Shown in pieces: positions 1-8,945 of a stretch of 64,000 nucleotides of DNA (position 1 is its first letter; the number at the start of each line of letters is the position of its first letter). The notes below the pieces were generated by a model. It searched no databases. It worked only from the letters and a program-made list of their open reading frames with translations, and was not told the origin of the DNA. Location of the stretch: contig CAVUMN010000003.1 in assembly GCA_963742735.1 (NCBI GenBank), positions 224,001 through 288,000 of the forward strand. Direction: 5' to 3'. This DNA is from an uncultured Actinomycetes bacterium. Lineage in GTDB: Bacteria > Actinomycetota > UBA4738 > JBBDTT01. The position numbers and the translations under genes are program-made.

Positions 1-417
1 CCGCTGTTCATCCGCGCCCCGGGGATGACCTCGGCCTCGCTCCCCGCGCTGGTGAGCAACGTGGACATCGCCCCGACCCTCGCCGAGCTGGCCGGGGTGG
101 CACCGGCTTCGTCGGTCGACGGGCACAGCCTGGTGCCGTTGATGACCGGTGTCGAGACCCAGGTGCGCCAGGACGTGCTCATCGAATGGATCGGGAACCG
201 CTTCGTGCCCCGGTACTGGGCGCTGCGAAACACCACCTACACCTACGTCGAGTACGCGACCGGAGAGGTCGAGCTCTACGACCTCGCCGGGGCGCTCGGC
301 CCCGCCGACCCCGACGAGCTCGTCAACAAGTGCCCGGGGCTTCCCGCGGTGTGCGCCCAGGGGTACACCTCGGTGCGCAACGCCCTGTCGGCTCGACTCG
401 CGGCCCTGAAGGCGTAG
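1..417 (+). CDS. Sulfatase family protein, C-terminal part (5' truncated by window edge)
   Basis: Frame open from the window start; LVSNVDIAPTLAELAG, DGHSLVPL and ELYDL...DPDELVN are typical sulfatase C-terminal motifs; resembles the sulfatase at 48187-49584. Confidence 0.8.
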   Translation, partial: PLFIRAPGMTSASLPALVSNVDIAPTLAELAGVAPASSVDGHSLVPLMTGVETQVRQDVLIEWIGNRFVPRYWALRNTTYTYVEYATGEVELYDLAGALGPADPDELVNKCPGLPAVCAQGYTSVRNALSARLAALKA

Positions 418-422
418 GAACG

Positions 423-452
423 CGAACGCGCCGCCCGAGGGCGGCGCGTTCG
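423..452. terminator. Intrinsic, probably bidirectional, terminator hairpin
   Basis: Perfect inverted repeat CGAACGCGCCGCCC-GA-GGGCGGCGCGTTCG between convergent stop codons at 417 and 473. Confidence 0.8.
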
Positions 453-472
453 AGCTTCGTTCGAGGTGGCGT

Positions 473-1357
473 CTACTGGGTGAACAGCGTCCCCATGATC
501 CGGATGATGGCCGGGCCCAGGATCACGATCAGCAGGGCCGGGAAGATCCCGAAGATCAGCGGGAACAGGATCTTGACCGGGGTCTTGGCGGCCTGCTCAC
601 GGGCCCGCTGACGGCGCTTCGTCCGCTGCTCGTTCGCCTGGGTGCGCAGGACCTTGCCCACGGCAATGCCGAGCGAGTCCGCCTGCAACAGCGCCAGGAC
701 GAACGAGCTCATCTCCGGGACGTTCACCCGGCGGCGCATCTCCATGAACGCCTCGCGGCGCGACGCCCCGAGCTGCATCTCGCGCAGCAGGCGGGAGTAC
801 TCCTCGCCGAGCGCGCCGCCCAGGTCCTCGGCCGCGCGAGCGAGCGCGCCCTCGAGCCCGACGCCGGCCTCGACCGAGATGGCCATGAGGTCGAGCGAGT
901 CGGGGAGCGCCCGGCGGATGTCCGCCGACCGTGTCTCCTGCCGCCGGCGAAGCCACACGTCCGGGTAGAAGAACCCGATCGGCGCCATGAGCACCAGGAC
1001 CGTCATCCCGAGGGCGAACGACGACGCCATGGTCCACAACCCGAGGACGACGCCGATGGCCAGGGTCATCCCCTTGTAGGCGATGAACCGCTCGGCCGAG
1101 ATGTTCGCGCCGAGGTCGGACAGCTTCGAGCGGGTGCCTTCCAGGAACCCCGCCGGCGTGAGCCTGCGGGCGATCCCGCCGAACCACCGGATCGCGGGTC
1201 CGCCGTCGGCGGCGCCCTCGATGCCGTTGGTGCCACCCAGGTACCGCATGGCGGCGTGGTGGCCGGCCTGCACGGTGCGCGCCCGGGACATGCCCAGGGC
1301 GAGCGCCGGGATGGAGGCGGCGAGGGCCGCCAGTCCGATGACCAGTAGGAGACCCAT
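473..1357 (-). CDS. tadC: Tad pilus membrane platform protein TadC (T2SS F family)
   Basis: LPDSLDLMAISVEAGVGL, LLQADSLG, KILFPLIFGIFPALLIVILGPA; last gene of the tad operon. Confidence 0.92.
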   Translation of the reverse strand: MGLLLVIGLAALAASIPALALGMSRARTVQAGHHAAMRYLGGTNGIEGAADGGPAIRWFGGIARRLTPAGFLEGTRSKLSDLGANISAERFIAYKGMTLAIGVVLGLWTMASSFALGMTVLVLMAPIGFFYPDVWLRRRQETRSADIRRALPDSLDLMAISVEAGVGLEGALARAAEDLGGALGEEYSRLLREMQLGASRREAFMEMRRRVNVPEMSSFVLALLQADSLGIAVGKVLRTQANEQRTKRRQRAREQAAKTPVKILFPLIFGIFPALLIVILGPAIIRIMGTLFTQ

Positions 1358-1360
1358 CGT

Positions 1361-2284
1361 CTACACCTCCACCTTCACGATTTTCATCATCCACGCCGCG
1401 CCGATCGCCATCAGGACCGTGGCGGCGAGGGTCATTCCCCAGCCCAACGGCGTCGAGATGAGCGGCGCGAGGTAGCCGGGGTTGGTCAGGGTGAAGAAGC
1501 CGGCGACCGCGAACGGGAGCCCGACCAGCACGTACGCGCTGACCCGGCCCTCCGCCGTGAGCGCCGAGACCTCACGCTTGAGCTCCTGGCGCCACCGCAT
1601 GAACTCGCCGAGCGTCCGCAGGACGCCCGCGAGCGAGGCCCCGAACTCCTGCTGGATGCCGACGGCCTGCACGCACCAGGCGTAGTCGCGGCTGCCGACC
1701 CGCTGGACGCTGGCCTGCATCGCCTCGGTGAGCGGCACGCCCAGGCGAGTCTCCGCCAGGACCTGCGCGAACTCCTCGCTGACCGGCGGGTCGCCCTCGT
1801 CGGCGACGAGCGCCATGGCCTGCGGGAGCGACGAACCGGCCTCGAGCGAGGCGGCCAGCAGGTCGAACGCCTCCGGAAGCTGTGCGTCGAAGGTGGTCAG
1901 CCACCGCTTGGCCCGCATCCGGACCCACAGACGGGCCACGAGGGCGACGACGCCCGCGAGGATCAGCCCGAACAACGGCGAGAACAGCAGTCCGGTGAGC
2001 AAGCCGAAGATCGCCATCCCCACCGCGGTGGCGGCGACGAACTCGGCCGGCGTGTAGGCGATGCCCGCGCGGGGCAGCTCCAGCGTCAGCGAACGGGTGA
2101 GCTCCTTGCCGGCCAGGACCTCCCCGGCCACGCGGGCCACCGCGCCGAAGCGCGGGCTGCCCGGGTTCCCGTAGCCGATGTTGTCCGGGATGTCGACCTT
2201 CTTCGGCCGCGCGGCCAGCGCCCAGGCCCAGGCCGTGATGGCCAGGCCCAGGAACACGATCCCTGCGTAGCCGACGACGCTCAC
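1361..2284 (-). CDS. tadB: Tad pilus membrane platform protein TadB (T2SS F family)
   Basis: FDAQLPEAFDLLAASLEAGSSL, EFAQVLAETRLG, LTAEGRVSAYVL; start placed at a GTG overlapping the cpaF stop (GTGA 2281-2284). Confidence 0.9.
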   Translation of the reverse strand: MSVVGYAGIVFLGLAITAWAWALAARPKKVDIPDNIGYGNPGSPRFGAVARVAGEVLAGKELTRSLTLELPRAGIAYTPAEFVAATAVGMAIFGLLTGLLFSPLFGLILAGVVALVARLWVRMRAKRWLTTFDAQLPEAFDLLAASLEAGSSLPQAMALVADEGDPPVSEEFAQVLAETRLGVPLTEAMQASVQRVGSRDYAWCVQAVGIQQEFGASLAGVLRTLGEFMRWRQELKREVSALTAEGRVSAYVLVGLPFAVAGFFTLTNPGYLAPLISTPLGWGMTLAATVLMAIGAAWMMKIVKVEV

Positions 2285-3633
2285 GACGCCCTCCGCTTCG
2301 ACGCGCTCCGAGAGGGCGCGCTGGTCCGGGCGAACGGCGGCGGGATGTCCACCCCATGCTCGATCAGCTTGTCCAGCAGGTGGGGACGCAGTCCGGTCCA
2401 CTTGATCTTTCCGGCGTGGTAGTCGTAGTCGAACAGGGTCTGCAGGATGATCACGTCGCCCTCCATGCCCTGCACCTCGGTCACCTCGGTCACGCGGCGG
2501 GTTCCGTCCTTCATCCGCGAGAGGTGCACGATGAGGTTGATGCCGGACGCGATCTGCTCGCGGATGGCCCGCACCGGAAGGTCCAGGCCCGCCATCAGCA
2601 CCATGGTCTCCACCCGCGACAGCACGTCGCGGGGGGAGTTCGCGTGCACCGTCGTGAGCGAGCCCTCGTGGCCGGTGTTCATGGCCTGGAGCATGTCCAG
2701 CGCCTCGCCGCCACGAGCCTCGCCGACCACGATGCGGTCGGGCCGCATGCGCAGGGCGTTGCGGACCAGGTCGCGGATCCCGACCTCGCCCCGTCCCTCC
2801 GCATTGGCCGGCCGCGACTCGAGGCTCACCACGTGCGGCTGCATGAGGCGCAGCTCCGCGGCGTCCTCGATCGTGACGATGCGCTCCTCGTCGGGGATGA
2901 AGCTCGACACCACGTTCAGCAGCGTCGTCTTGCCGGTGCCGGTTCCGCCGCTGACGATGGCGTTCTGCTTGCCCCGGACGCAGCACTCGAGGAACAGCGC
3001 GAGCTCCATGGAGATCGACCCCAGGTTGATGAGGTCCTTCACCCGATACGGCTCCGTCCGGAACTTGCGGATCGTCAGGATCGGCGCGTGGGTCGCCAGC
3101 GGCGGGATGATCGCGTTCACGCGGCTGCCGTCGGGGAGCCGCGCGTCGACCATCGGCGATGACTCGTCCAGGCGCCGGCCGACGCCGGTCACGATCTTGT
3201 CGATGACCGCGCGGTAGTGCTCGTCGTCGGAGAACCCGGTGGTGGTCTTCTCGATGATGCCGGCGCGCTCCACCCAGACCTCGTCGTGGGCGTTGCACAT
3301 GATCTCGGTCACGCTCGGGTCGGCCAGGTACGGGTCGAGGGGACCGTAGCCCAGGATGTCGCTGGCGATCTCCTCGACGAAGGCCTTGCGCGTCGACGGC
3401 GTGACCCGGACGTCCTCACGGTCCAGGACGTCGTCGAGCGCGTCGCGAACCACGGCGCGGAGCTCGGCCTGGGTGTGGCGCTCGCGGTACAGCTTGGGGC
3501 CGATCTCGGCGAGGACCCGGCCGCGGATCTGACGCTTGAGCGCGCCCCAGGCGGAGGGAGCCTTCGGGCGCTCCTCCTTCATGGGGGCCGGGCCGTTGGT
3601 GTCGGCTCGGGCCAGCTTCTCGGACAGTTTCAT
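2281..3633 (-). CDS. cpaF: Tad pilus assembly ATPase CpaF/TadA
   Basis: Walker A SGGTGTGKTT, RIVTIEDAAEL, LRMRPDRIVVGE, MNTGHEGS. Confidence 0.96.
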   Translation of the reverse strand: MKLSEKLARADTNGPAPMKEERPKAPSAWGALKRQIRGRVLAEIGPKLYRERHTQAELRAVVRDALDDVLDREDVRVTPSTRKAFVEEIASDILGYGPLDPYLADPSVTEIMCNAHDEVWVERAGIIEKTTTGFSDDEHYRAVIDKIVTGVGRRLDESSPMVDARLPDGSRVNAIIPPLATHAPILTIRKFRTEPYRVKDLINLGSISMELALFLECCVRGKQNAIVSGGTGTGKTTLLNVVSSFIPDEERIVTIEDAAELRLMQPHVVSLESRPANAEGRGEVGIRDLVRNALRMRPDRIVVGEARGGEALDMLQAMNTGHEGSLTTVHANSPRDVLSRVETMVLMAGLDLPVRAIREQIASGINLIVHLSRMKDGTRRVTEVTEVQGMEGDVIILQTLFDYDYHAGKIKWTGLRPHLLDKLIEHGVDIPPPFARTSAPSRSASKRRAS

Positions 3634-3654
3634 CGTCGTGCCTCCTCTGGGTGT

Positions 3655-4905
3655 CTAGTGGTCGTCCGCGGGCACGAACGTGCGGAAGATGCGCTTCCAG
3701 ACGCCCGGCTGGTGGCCGTTTCCGTTGGTCTCGGCCGAGGCCGACGAGAACAGCGCCGGCTCCTCGGGCACGATCTGGTGGATCGTCTCCAGGAGCTTCC
3801 GGCTGATGTCGCTGTCGGGGCTCAGCTCGAGCACCGGGTTGCCGGTGTTGAAGGAGCGGGAGACCTCCTTGGAGTAGGGAAGGATCCCGCTGAAGGCCTG
3901 CGGGAACAGCCGCTGGACCTCCGCGGGGGACAGCCCCACGTCCCGCTCGGCCTTGTTCAGGATCAGCGACACGCCGTCCTGGGGGATCTTCAACCGGTCG
4001 AGGGTCGACAGGAACACGCCCAGGTTCTTGACCGACGGCAGGTCGAGGGTCGCCAGCACGACCAGCGCCTCGGAGACGTCGAACGCGGCGAGCACCGGCT
4101 CGGACAGCGCAGCCGGGGTGTCGATGATCACGTAGTGGTAGAGCTCCTTGGCGATCGCCAGGATCGACGTGACGTCGGGCGAGGTGATCGTGTCGGCCTG
4201 GTGCGGCTCGTGCGGCGCGGCAAGGACCTCGACGCCGCTCGAGTGCCGGGACATGTACTCGCGCAGCTGGTGCTTCAACGCGTCGTGGCCGGCGTCGCGG
4301 CCCTCCAGGACGTCGTGGATCGTGTACTTCGGCCGCAGCCGGAGCGCGGTCTCCACCTCGCCGAACTGGAAGTCCAGGTCGATGACGCCGACCCGCTTGC
4401 CGGTCTTCACCGCAAGCAGGTAGGCCAGGTTCGTGGCGAAGAACGTCTTGCCGGAGCCCCCGCTGGGGCTCGTGATCGTGATCGCCCTGCCGAGCCCCGT
4501 GCCGTCACCGTTCGACGACTCGCGACCGTGCAGGATGCCGGCCATGTCGACCGCGCGCTCCAGGGCGGCGCGGATCGTCTGCGCCGCCGCGGGGAACGGA
4601 ACCAGGTCCGACGCGCCGGCGCGCACGACGTCGCGCACCGGGACGTGGGCACCCTCCTTCGTGGTGACCAGGACGGTCACCACCGAGGGGTGCTGCTCGT
4701 GGACGCGCTGGAGGAATCGCATCCCTCCGGGCGTCACGAACGACGGACCCGCAACCAGCACTCGATACCGGTCACCCGCCAGCTCCCGTTCGGCCTTGGC
4801 CGTCTGGTGGCAGGCGTCGATCAGGCCCTCCAGCGTGGGCGCCGCGTCGCGGCAGGCGAGCGCGAGCTCGTCGTCGCGATCGAGGACCAGGATCCGTCCG
4901 GGCAT
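3655..4905 (-). CDS. cpaE: CpaE/TadZ pilus localisation protein (receiver-like domain plus MinD/ParA ATPase)
   Basis: N-terminal degenerate REC-like domain; SPSGGSGKTFFATNLA, IDLDFQFG, IIDTP, LILNK. Confidence 0.88.
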   Translation of the reverse strand: MPGRILVLDRDDELALACRDAAPTLEGLIDACHQTAKAERELAGDRYRVLVAGPSFVTPGGMRFLQRVHEQHPSVVTVLVTTKEGAHVPVRDVVRAGASDLVPFPAAAQTIRAALERAVDMAGILHGRESSNGDGTGLGRAITITSPSGGSGKTFFATNLAYLLAVKTGKRVGVIDLDFQFGEVETALRLRPKYTIHDVLEGRDAGHDALKHQLREYMSRHSSGVEVLAAPHEPHQADTITSPDVTSILAIAKELYHYVIIDTPAALSEPVLAAFDVSEALVVLATLDLPSVKNLGVFLSTLDRLKIPQDGVSLILNKAERDVGLSPAEVQRLFPQAFSGILPYSKEVSRSFNTGNPVLELSPDSDISRKLLETIHQIVPEEPALFSSASAETNGNGHQPGVWKRIFRTFVPADDH

Positions 4906-5648
4906 CAGATCTGCCCCTGGGGGTTCAGCGAGACGGCCAGGCCGCCGGTCGCGTCGGCCGCGTCGGGGTCGGGGCTGATCTGCCCTTCGGGAATCAGGGT
5001 GAGGCTGACCTCGCCCATCCGCTGTCCGTAGATGAGCTTTCCGGCCTGCTGCGGGGTGACCGCGAGGACGAACAGCAGCCCCGTGGTCGTGCCCGGCGAG
5101 ACGCCGGTCAGCTTGTCGCCGGCCTGCGGGTTCGCCTGGGTGGCGATCACCAGGACGTTGGACAGCAGCTTGCGGGTGGTCGCAACGCCCTGCTTGAACG
5201 TGGCGTAGACGCTGACCTTGTCGCCGGGCTGGGCGTACTGCCCGAGCCCGCCGTCGATGCTGGTGGCGATCGCGACGGCCTCGTGGCCCTTCGGGATCGG
5301 CAGCCGGCCCTCGGACTCGCCCACCTGGCCGAAGTCGGAGGTGGTCAGGGTCTGTCCGGGCACGATGGTGCGGGTCGTGAACTGTTCGGTCACGGCCGCG
5401 AGGTCCTCGAGCGCCCCGGGCTGCAGGTACGCCCGCGGGATCTCCTTCTCCTCGGTGACGTCCACGATGACCGAGCCGGGGGTCCCCGCGGCGATCGGCT
5501 CGAGCGCCACGAAGGCGGTCACCATCTCGGACTTGGACGCGGCGCGTCCCTCGACGTTCCGCACGTACGCGAAGGTCAGGGTGGCCCCCAACAGGCCCAG
5601 CACCAGCCCTCCGATGAGCAGCATTGACTGACGGCGCATCTGACTCAC
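4905..5648 (-). CDS. cpaB: Flp pilus assembly protein CpaB/RcpC (SAF domain)
   Basis: N-terminal TM, SAF-like region, PGDKVSVYAT, LAVTPQQA; position in tad operon. Confidence 0.85.
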   Translation of the reverse strand: MSQMRRQSMLLIGGLVLGLLGATLTFAYVRNVEGRAASKSEMVTAFVALEPIAAGTPGSVIVDVTEEKEIPRAYLQPGALEDLAAVTEQFTTRTIVPGQTLTTSDFGQVGESEGRLPIPKGHEAVAIATSIDGGLGQYAQPGDKVSVYATFKQGVATTRKLLSNVLVIATQANPQAGDKLTGVSPGTTTGLLFVLAVTPQQAGKLIYGQRMGEVSLTLIPEGQISPDPDAADATGGLAVSLNPQGQI

Positions 5649-6109
5649 TCCTCTCTCATGGTTGCGGTCGAGGTGATCACGACGCCGCCCTCGGGAAAGG
5701 GCTCATCGGCGCTGACCATCCCGGCGATCCAATTGGCCACTCGGCCCAGCGGACCGAACGACACGTTCTTCGTCACCGTCACGGTGATCTGCGTCCCCGG
5801 GAAGGCGTTCGCCGGGTCCGGGCTCACGGTGACGGAGTCCAGGGGGGCGTCGGAGATCCGGCGGATGTAGGCCACCACGGCGGCCGCGTCCGGTCGGAAC
5901 CGATAGACGCCCGGGTTCTCGGGGTCCTGGTGGGCGGCGGTCGCGTATCGCGCCCCCGCCTCGGACACCTGGTTCATCTGGATGTAGCCGATGACGGAGG
6001 ACACGACGGGGACCGCCGTCATCACGATGAAGACCATGATCGGCAGGAACAGGGCGAACTCGATCGCCGCCGTGCCTCGCTGGTCCCGGATGCGGCGCCG
6101 CAGGCTCAT
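5645..6109 (-). CDS. tadE: TadE/TadF-like pseudopilin
   Basis: Prepilin motif DQRG|TAAIEFAL, hydrophobic helix, GARYA. Confidence 0.85.
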   Translation of the reverse strand: MSLRRRIRDQRGTAAIEFALFLPIMVFIVMTAVPVVSSVIGYIQMNQVSEAGARYATAAHQDPENPGVYRFRPDAAAVVAYIRRISDAPLDSVTVSPDPANAFPGTQITVTVTKNVSFGPLGRVANWIAGMVSADEPFPEGGVVITSTATMREE

Positions 6110-6540
6110 TCGCGCCTCACCTCCGCCTCGGAGCTGATGGTCAGGGTGCTCGGGATCTCCTCGCCCCAGCCGAAGGCGCGAAGCGGGGCGAACAGGGCGT
6201 AGACCGGGTTGGCGACCTCGTAGGTGACGACGACCTTGAAGGGGGCGCCGCGGGTCGAGCCGCTCGGGGACGTGATGGTGACGGTGGAGGGGGTCAGCAG
6301 CGGGGTGGAGGTGTCGACGGCCTGGAACACCTCGGCGTTGGTCGGGTAGGCGCGCAGGTTGGCCGACGAGGGGATCGAGGCGTAGCGCGCGCCCTCCTGG
6401 GCCCCGCGGTCAAGGATCGTCTTCGCGACCCCGACCCATCCGCCGAACAGGACCAGGCCCACGACGGCGAGGAAGATCGGCAGGACGAGAGCGAACTCGA
6501 CCACGGCGGCGCCCCGCTGCTCGGACCGAAGGCGGGTCAT
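6106..6540 (-). CDS. tadE: TadE-like pseudopilin
   Basis: MTRLRSEQRG|AAVVEFALVLP...AQEGARYA; ATG overlaps the upstream stop (ATGA 6537-6540). Confidence 0.88.
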   Translation of the reverse strand: MTRLRSEQRGAAVVEFALVLPIFLAVVGLVLFGGWVGVAKTILDRGAQEGARYASIPSSANLRAYPTNAEVFQAVDTSTPLLTPSTVTITSPSGSTRGAPFKVVVTYEVANPVYALFAPLRAFGWGEEIPSTLTISSEAEVRRE

Positions 6541-7718
6541 GACCGGACCAGGGTTGCGCCGAAGAGGCCGTTCGCCCGGGAGAGGTCCGCGAGCGGGACG
6601 GGGACCAGCCCGCGGAAGTTGCCGTTCGCGAGGGGCGACAGGTACGCGGCGGTGAAGTCGAAGGCGGGGATGCCCAGGATCGGCATCGTGAACACCCGCA
6701 GGATGAAGACGGGCTCCCCGCGCCGAGCCGCCTCGAGGGCGATCTCGGCCGGCGAGGGCGGCGTCGCGCCGGTCGGCGGGTTGTACACGTCCTCGATGTC
6801 CAGGAGCATCCCGGACAGGTCGACCTGGCCGGCCGTACGCGAGGACAGCTCCTGGTTGGCCCGCCACAGCTGCGGCATGATCGTGTTGCGGACCTGCGCG
6901 GCGGTGACGTTCAGGTTCAGGTTGTTGAGGTCGCCCGGCGCCCCGCTCAGGAGGTCCGTGACGATCGAGGGCAGGCCCAGGGCGCTGGTGCGCACCGCCG
7001 GGACGACGACGATGTTCTTGAACCGGCGGCGGGCCAGCGCGGTCGCGGTCAGCGTGTTCACGCCCGAGAAGAAGCCGGGGACGGGGACGGGCGCCTCGAC
7101 CTTCTCGCGGATCGTGACGCGAACCTTGGGGGTCAGGGCGGCCGGCGACAGGTTGTTGGGCAGGCCGTCGATGAGGGCGTCGAGCCGGTTGCAGTCGCCC
7201 AGCGACAACAGACCCAGCAGCGGATCGAGGAGCCCGCGAAGCGGGCCACACAGGTTCTGGGCCTGAACCGGCCCGAGCAGCGAGGACAGCGCCTGCTGGA
7301 CCCGGGCGATCAGCGCCCAGTCGAACAGAGCCTCGACGCTCACGCCGTCGACGCAGGTCGGGCCGGCGGCCGTGGCGGCCAGCTCGTTGGACAGGGGGGC
7401 GGCGGCGGGGGTCAGCAGGCGCTCGGCCTGGTCGCACGCCGTGGTCTGGGGCTCGGCCGGGGCCAGGAGCCCCGTGAGCGGAAGGTTGGCCGCGCCGGCG
7501 AGCGCGGAGAGGTTGGCGGCGCGCTGGTGCTCGCGCTTGACGCCGACCAGGGTCGCGCCGTTCGCAGCCCAGAGAGAGATGAGGACCAGGCCCGCGATCA
7601 GCGCCGCCATCAGGGGGGCGATCGCGCCGTCTTCGCGGCCGAGCCGGATCATGATGCAGCCGGACAACGACGAGCGGCGCCGGGTGCTCTTGAGCTCCCG
7701 GCGCCGCGTCATCGTCAT
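6537..7718 (-). CDS. TadG-like pilus-associated protein
   Basis: REDG|AIAPLMAALI followed by QRAANLSALAGAANL (TadG N-terminal pattern); start uncertain (ATG 7718 with AAGGGA RBS, or 7712, or 7652). Confidence 0.7.
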   Translation of the reverse strand: MTMTRRRELKSTRRRSSLSGCIMIRLGREDGAIAPLMAALIAGLVLISLWAANGATLVGVKREHQRAANLSALAGAANLPLTGLLAPAEPQTTACDQAERLLTPAAAPLSNELAATAAGPTCVDGVSVEALFDWALIARVQQALSSLLGPVQAQNLCGPLRGLLDPLLGLLSLGDCNRLDALIDGLPNNLSPAALTPKVRVTIREKVEAPVPVPGFFSGVNTLTATALARRRFKNIVVVPAVRTSALGLPSIVTDLLSGAPGDLNNLNLNVTAAQVRNTIMPQLWRANQELSSRTAGQVDLSGMLLDIEDVYNPPTGATPPSPAEIALEAARRGEPVFILRVFTMPILGIPAFDFTAAYLSPLANGNFRGLVPVPLADLSRANGLFGATLVRS

Positions 7719-7749
7719 CAGTCCCTTGAGATCTCGATCGGGATCCGGG

Positions 7750-7950
7750 TTAGACGCCTGCGCCGGTAAGGGCGTCGACGATCGCCTGGAACGCGTCCTT
7801 GATCTTCGGGCCAAGCAGGGCGACGGTCGCAACCACAACGGCCGCGATCAGGGCGACGAGCATGCCGTACTCGACGGCGGACGCACCCTCCTCACGGTCG
7901 CGAAGGTCGGAGACCTTGCCGGTCAGGAACAGGTAGAAACGAGTGATCAT
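7750..7950 (-). CDS. flp: Flp family type IVb major pilin
   Basis: REEG|ASAVEYGMLVALIA Flp motif, 66 aa, AAGGAG RBS. Confidence 0.95.
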   Translation of the reverse strand: MITRFYLFLTGKVSDLRDREEGASAVEYGMLVALIAAVVVATVALLGPKIKDAFQAIVDALTGAGV

Positions 7951-8099
7951 GACGGTGCTCCTTTCGCGGGCAGATCGTGTTGCTCTGTCGGTGAGGTCGG
8001 GCGGCGGGCGAGTGTCGTGGTTCCGAGAACTCGCGTACCGGCCCGCCTCACCTCCTTCGGCCGACGGCTTCTTGGGCCGCCTCTGCCTCTCACGTAAGG

Positions 8100-8127
8100 A
8101 GATCGGCTACAAGCGGGAAGCGCTTGA
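8100..8127 (-). promoter_or_regulatory. Sigma-28 (FliA/WhiG)-like promoter of the flp/tad operon
   Basis: Minus strand reads TCAAG-N15-GCCGATCT; the same motif recurs at 43621 and 52145. Confidence 0.7.
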
Positions 8128-8226
8128 TGAGCCGAGCGGATACGGCGGATGGTCGGATCGGGTTGAAATTCCTTGCCGCGTTAGCCCCGATGGATCAACG
8201 AGACGTACGAATGCGGACGGATCGAC

Positions 8227-8931
8227 CTATCGATTCGGGCTGCCGGTGATCAGATAGACCATCACGTAGTGACAGGCGGTCGCGACGACCACGAAGACGT
8301 GCCAGATCTCGTGGTACCCGAAGGAGGCCGGCCACGGATCGGGCCGCTTGCGAGCCAGGACGAGGGACCCGACGGCGCTGAGACCCAGCCCCACGAGTCC
8401 GAGCTGGGCTTCCGTCGGCGTCAGCCTCTCGAGGAGCGGGGGGATGATGAACAGGGCCAGTGCGCTCAGGAAGGAGTACAGGAAGGCTCCGAACGCCCTG
8501 ACCGTGTCGAATCGCGTGAGCTTCAGCGTGATCCCCAGGGCCGCACCGCCCCACTCGATGCCGAGCACGATCCAGCGGAGCCAGCCGTCGAGGGCGATCA
8601 GGGCGACGGGCGTGTACGAGGCCGCGATCATCACGTAGATCATCGAGTGGTCGATCCGCTGGATCGATCGGATCCCTCCGAGTCGCCAGGCGCCTCGGTG
8701 GTGGCCCGCGCTGCTCAGATACATGCAGGTGAACGCGGTCGCGAACACCGCGGCGGCGAACTGGCCGGCGGTCCCCCGGGCGTGCAGCACGAGGATCACC
8801 CCCGCCGGGATGGATACGTAGACCCACGTCTGGTGGAGCCGCCCTCGATGCCGGGGCTTGCCGTGAAGTCGGTCGGCCACGGAGACCACCGCGACCGCCT
8901 GATCCGCCGGGGTCTCGCCCCCGTCCGTCAC
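8227..8931 (-). CDS. Hemolysin III / PAQR family membrane protein
   Basis: KPRHRGRLH, SAGHHR, IDHSMIYVMIAASYTP, FGYHEIWHVFV; start codon uncertain. Confidence 0.88.
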   Translation of the reverse strand: MTDGGETPADQAVAVVSVADRLHGKPRHRGRLHQTWVYVSIPAGVILVLHARGTAGQFAAAVFATAFTCMYLSSAGHHRGAWRLGGIRSIQRIDHSMIYVMIAASYTPVALIALDGWLRWIVLGIEWGGAALGITLKLTRFDTVRAFGAFLYSFLSALALFIIPPLLERLTPTEAQLGLVGLGLSAVGSLVLARKRPDPWPASFGYHEIWHVFVVVATACHYVMVYLITGSPNR

Positions 8932-8945
8932 CTCCGGGCGGGGCG

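Noticed and set aside
7951-8095. c-di-GMP riboswitch in the flp leader
   Set aside because: The GEMM hallmarks (GGCAAA...GAAA tetraloop...GCAAAGC) are absent; kept only as an unclassified hairpin.
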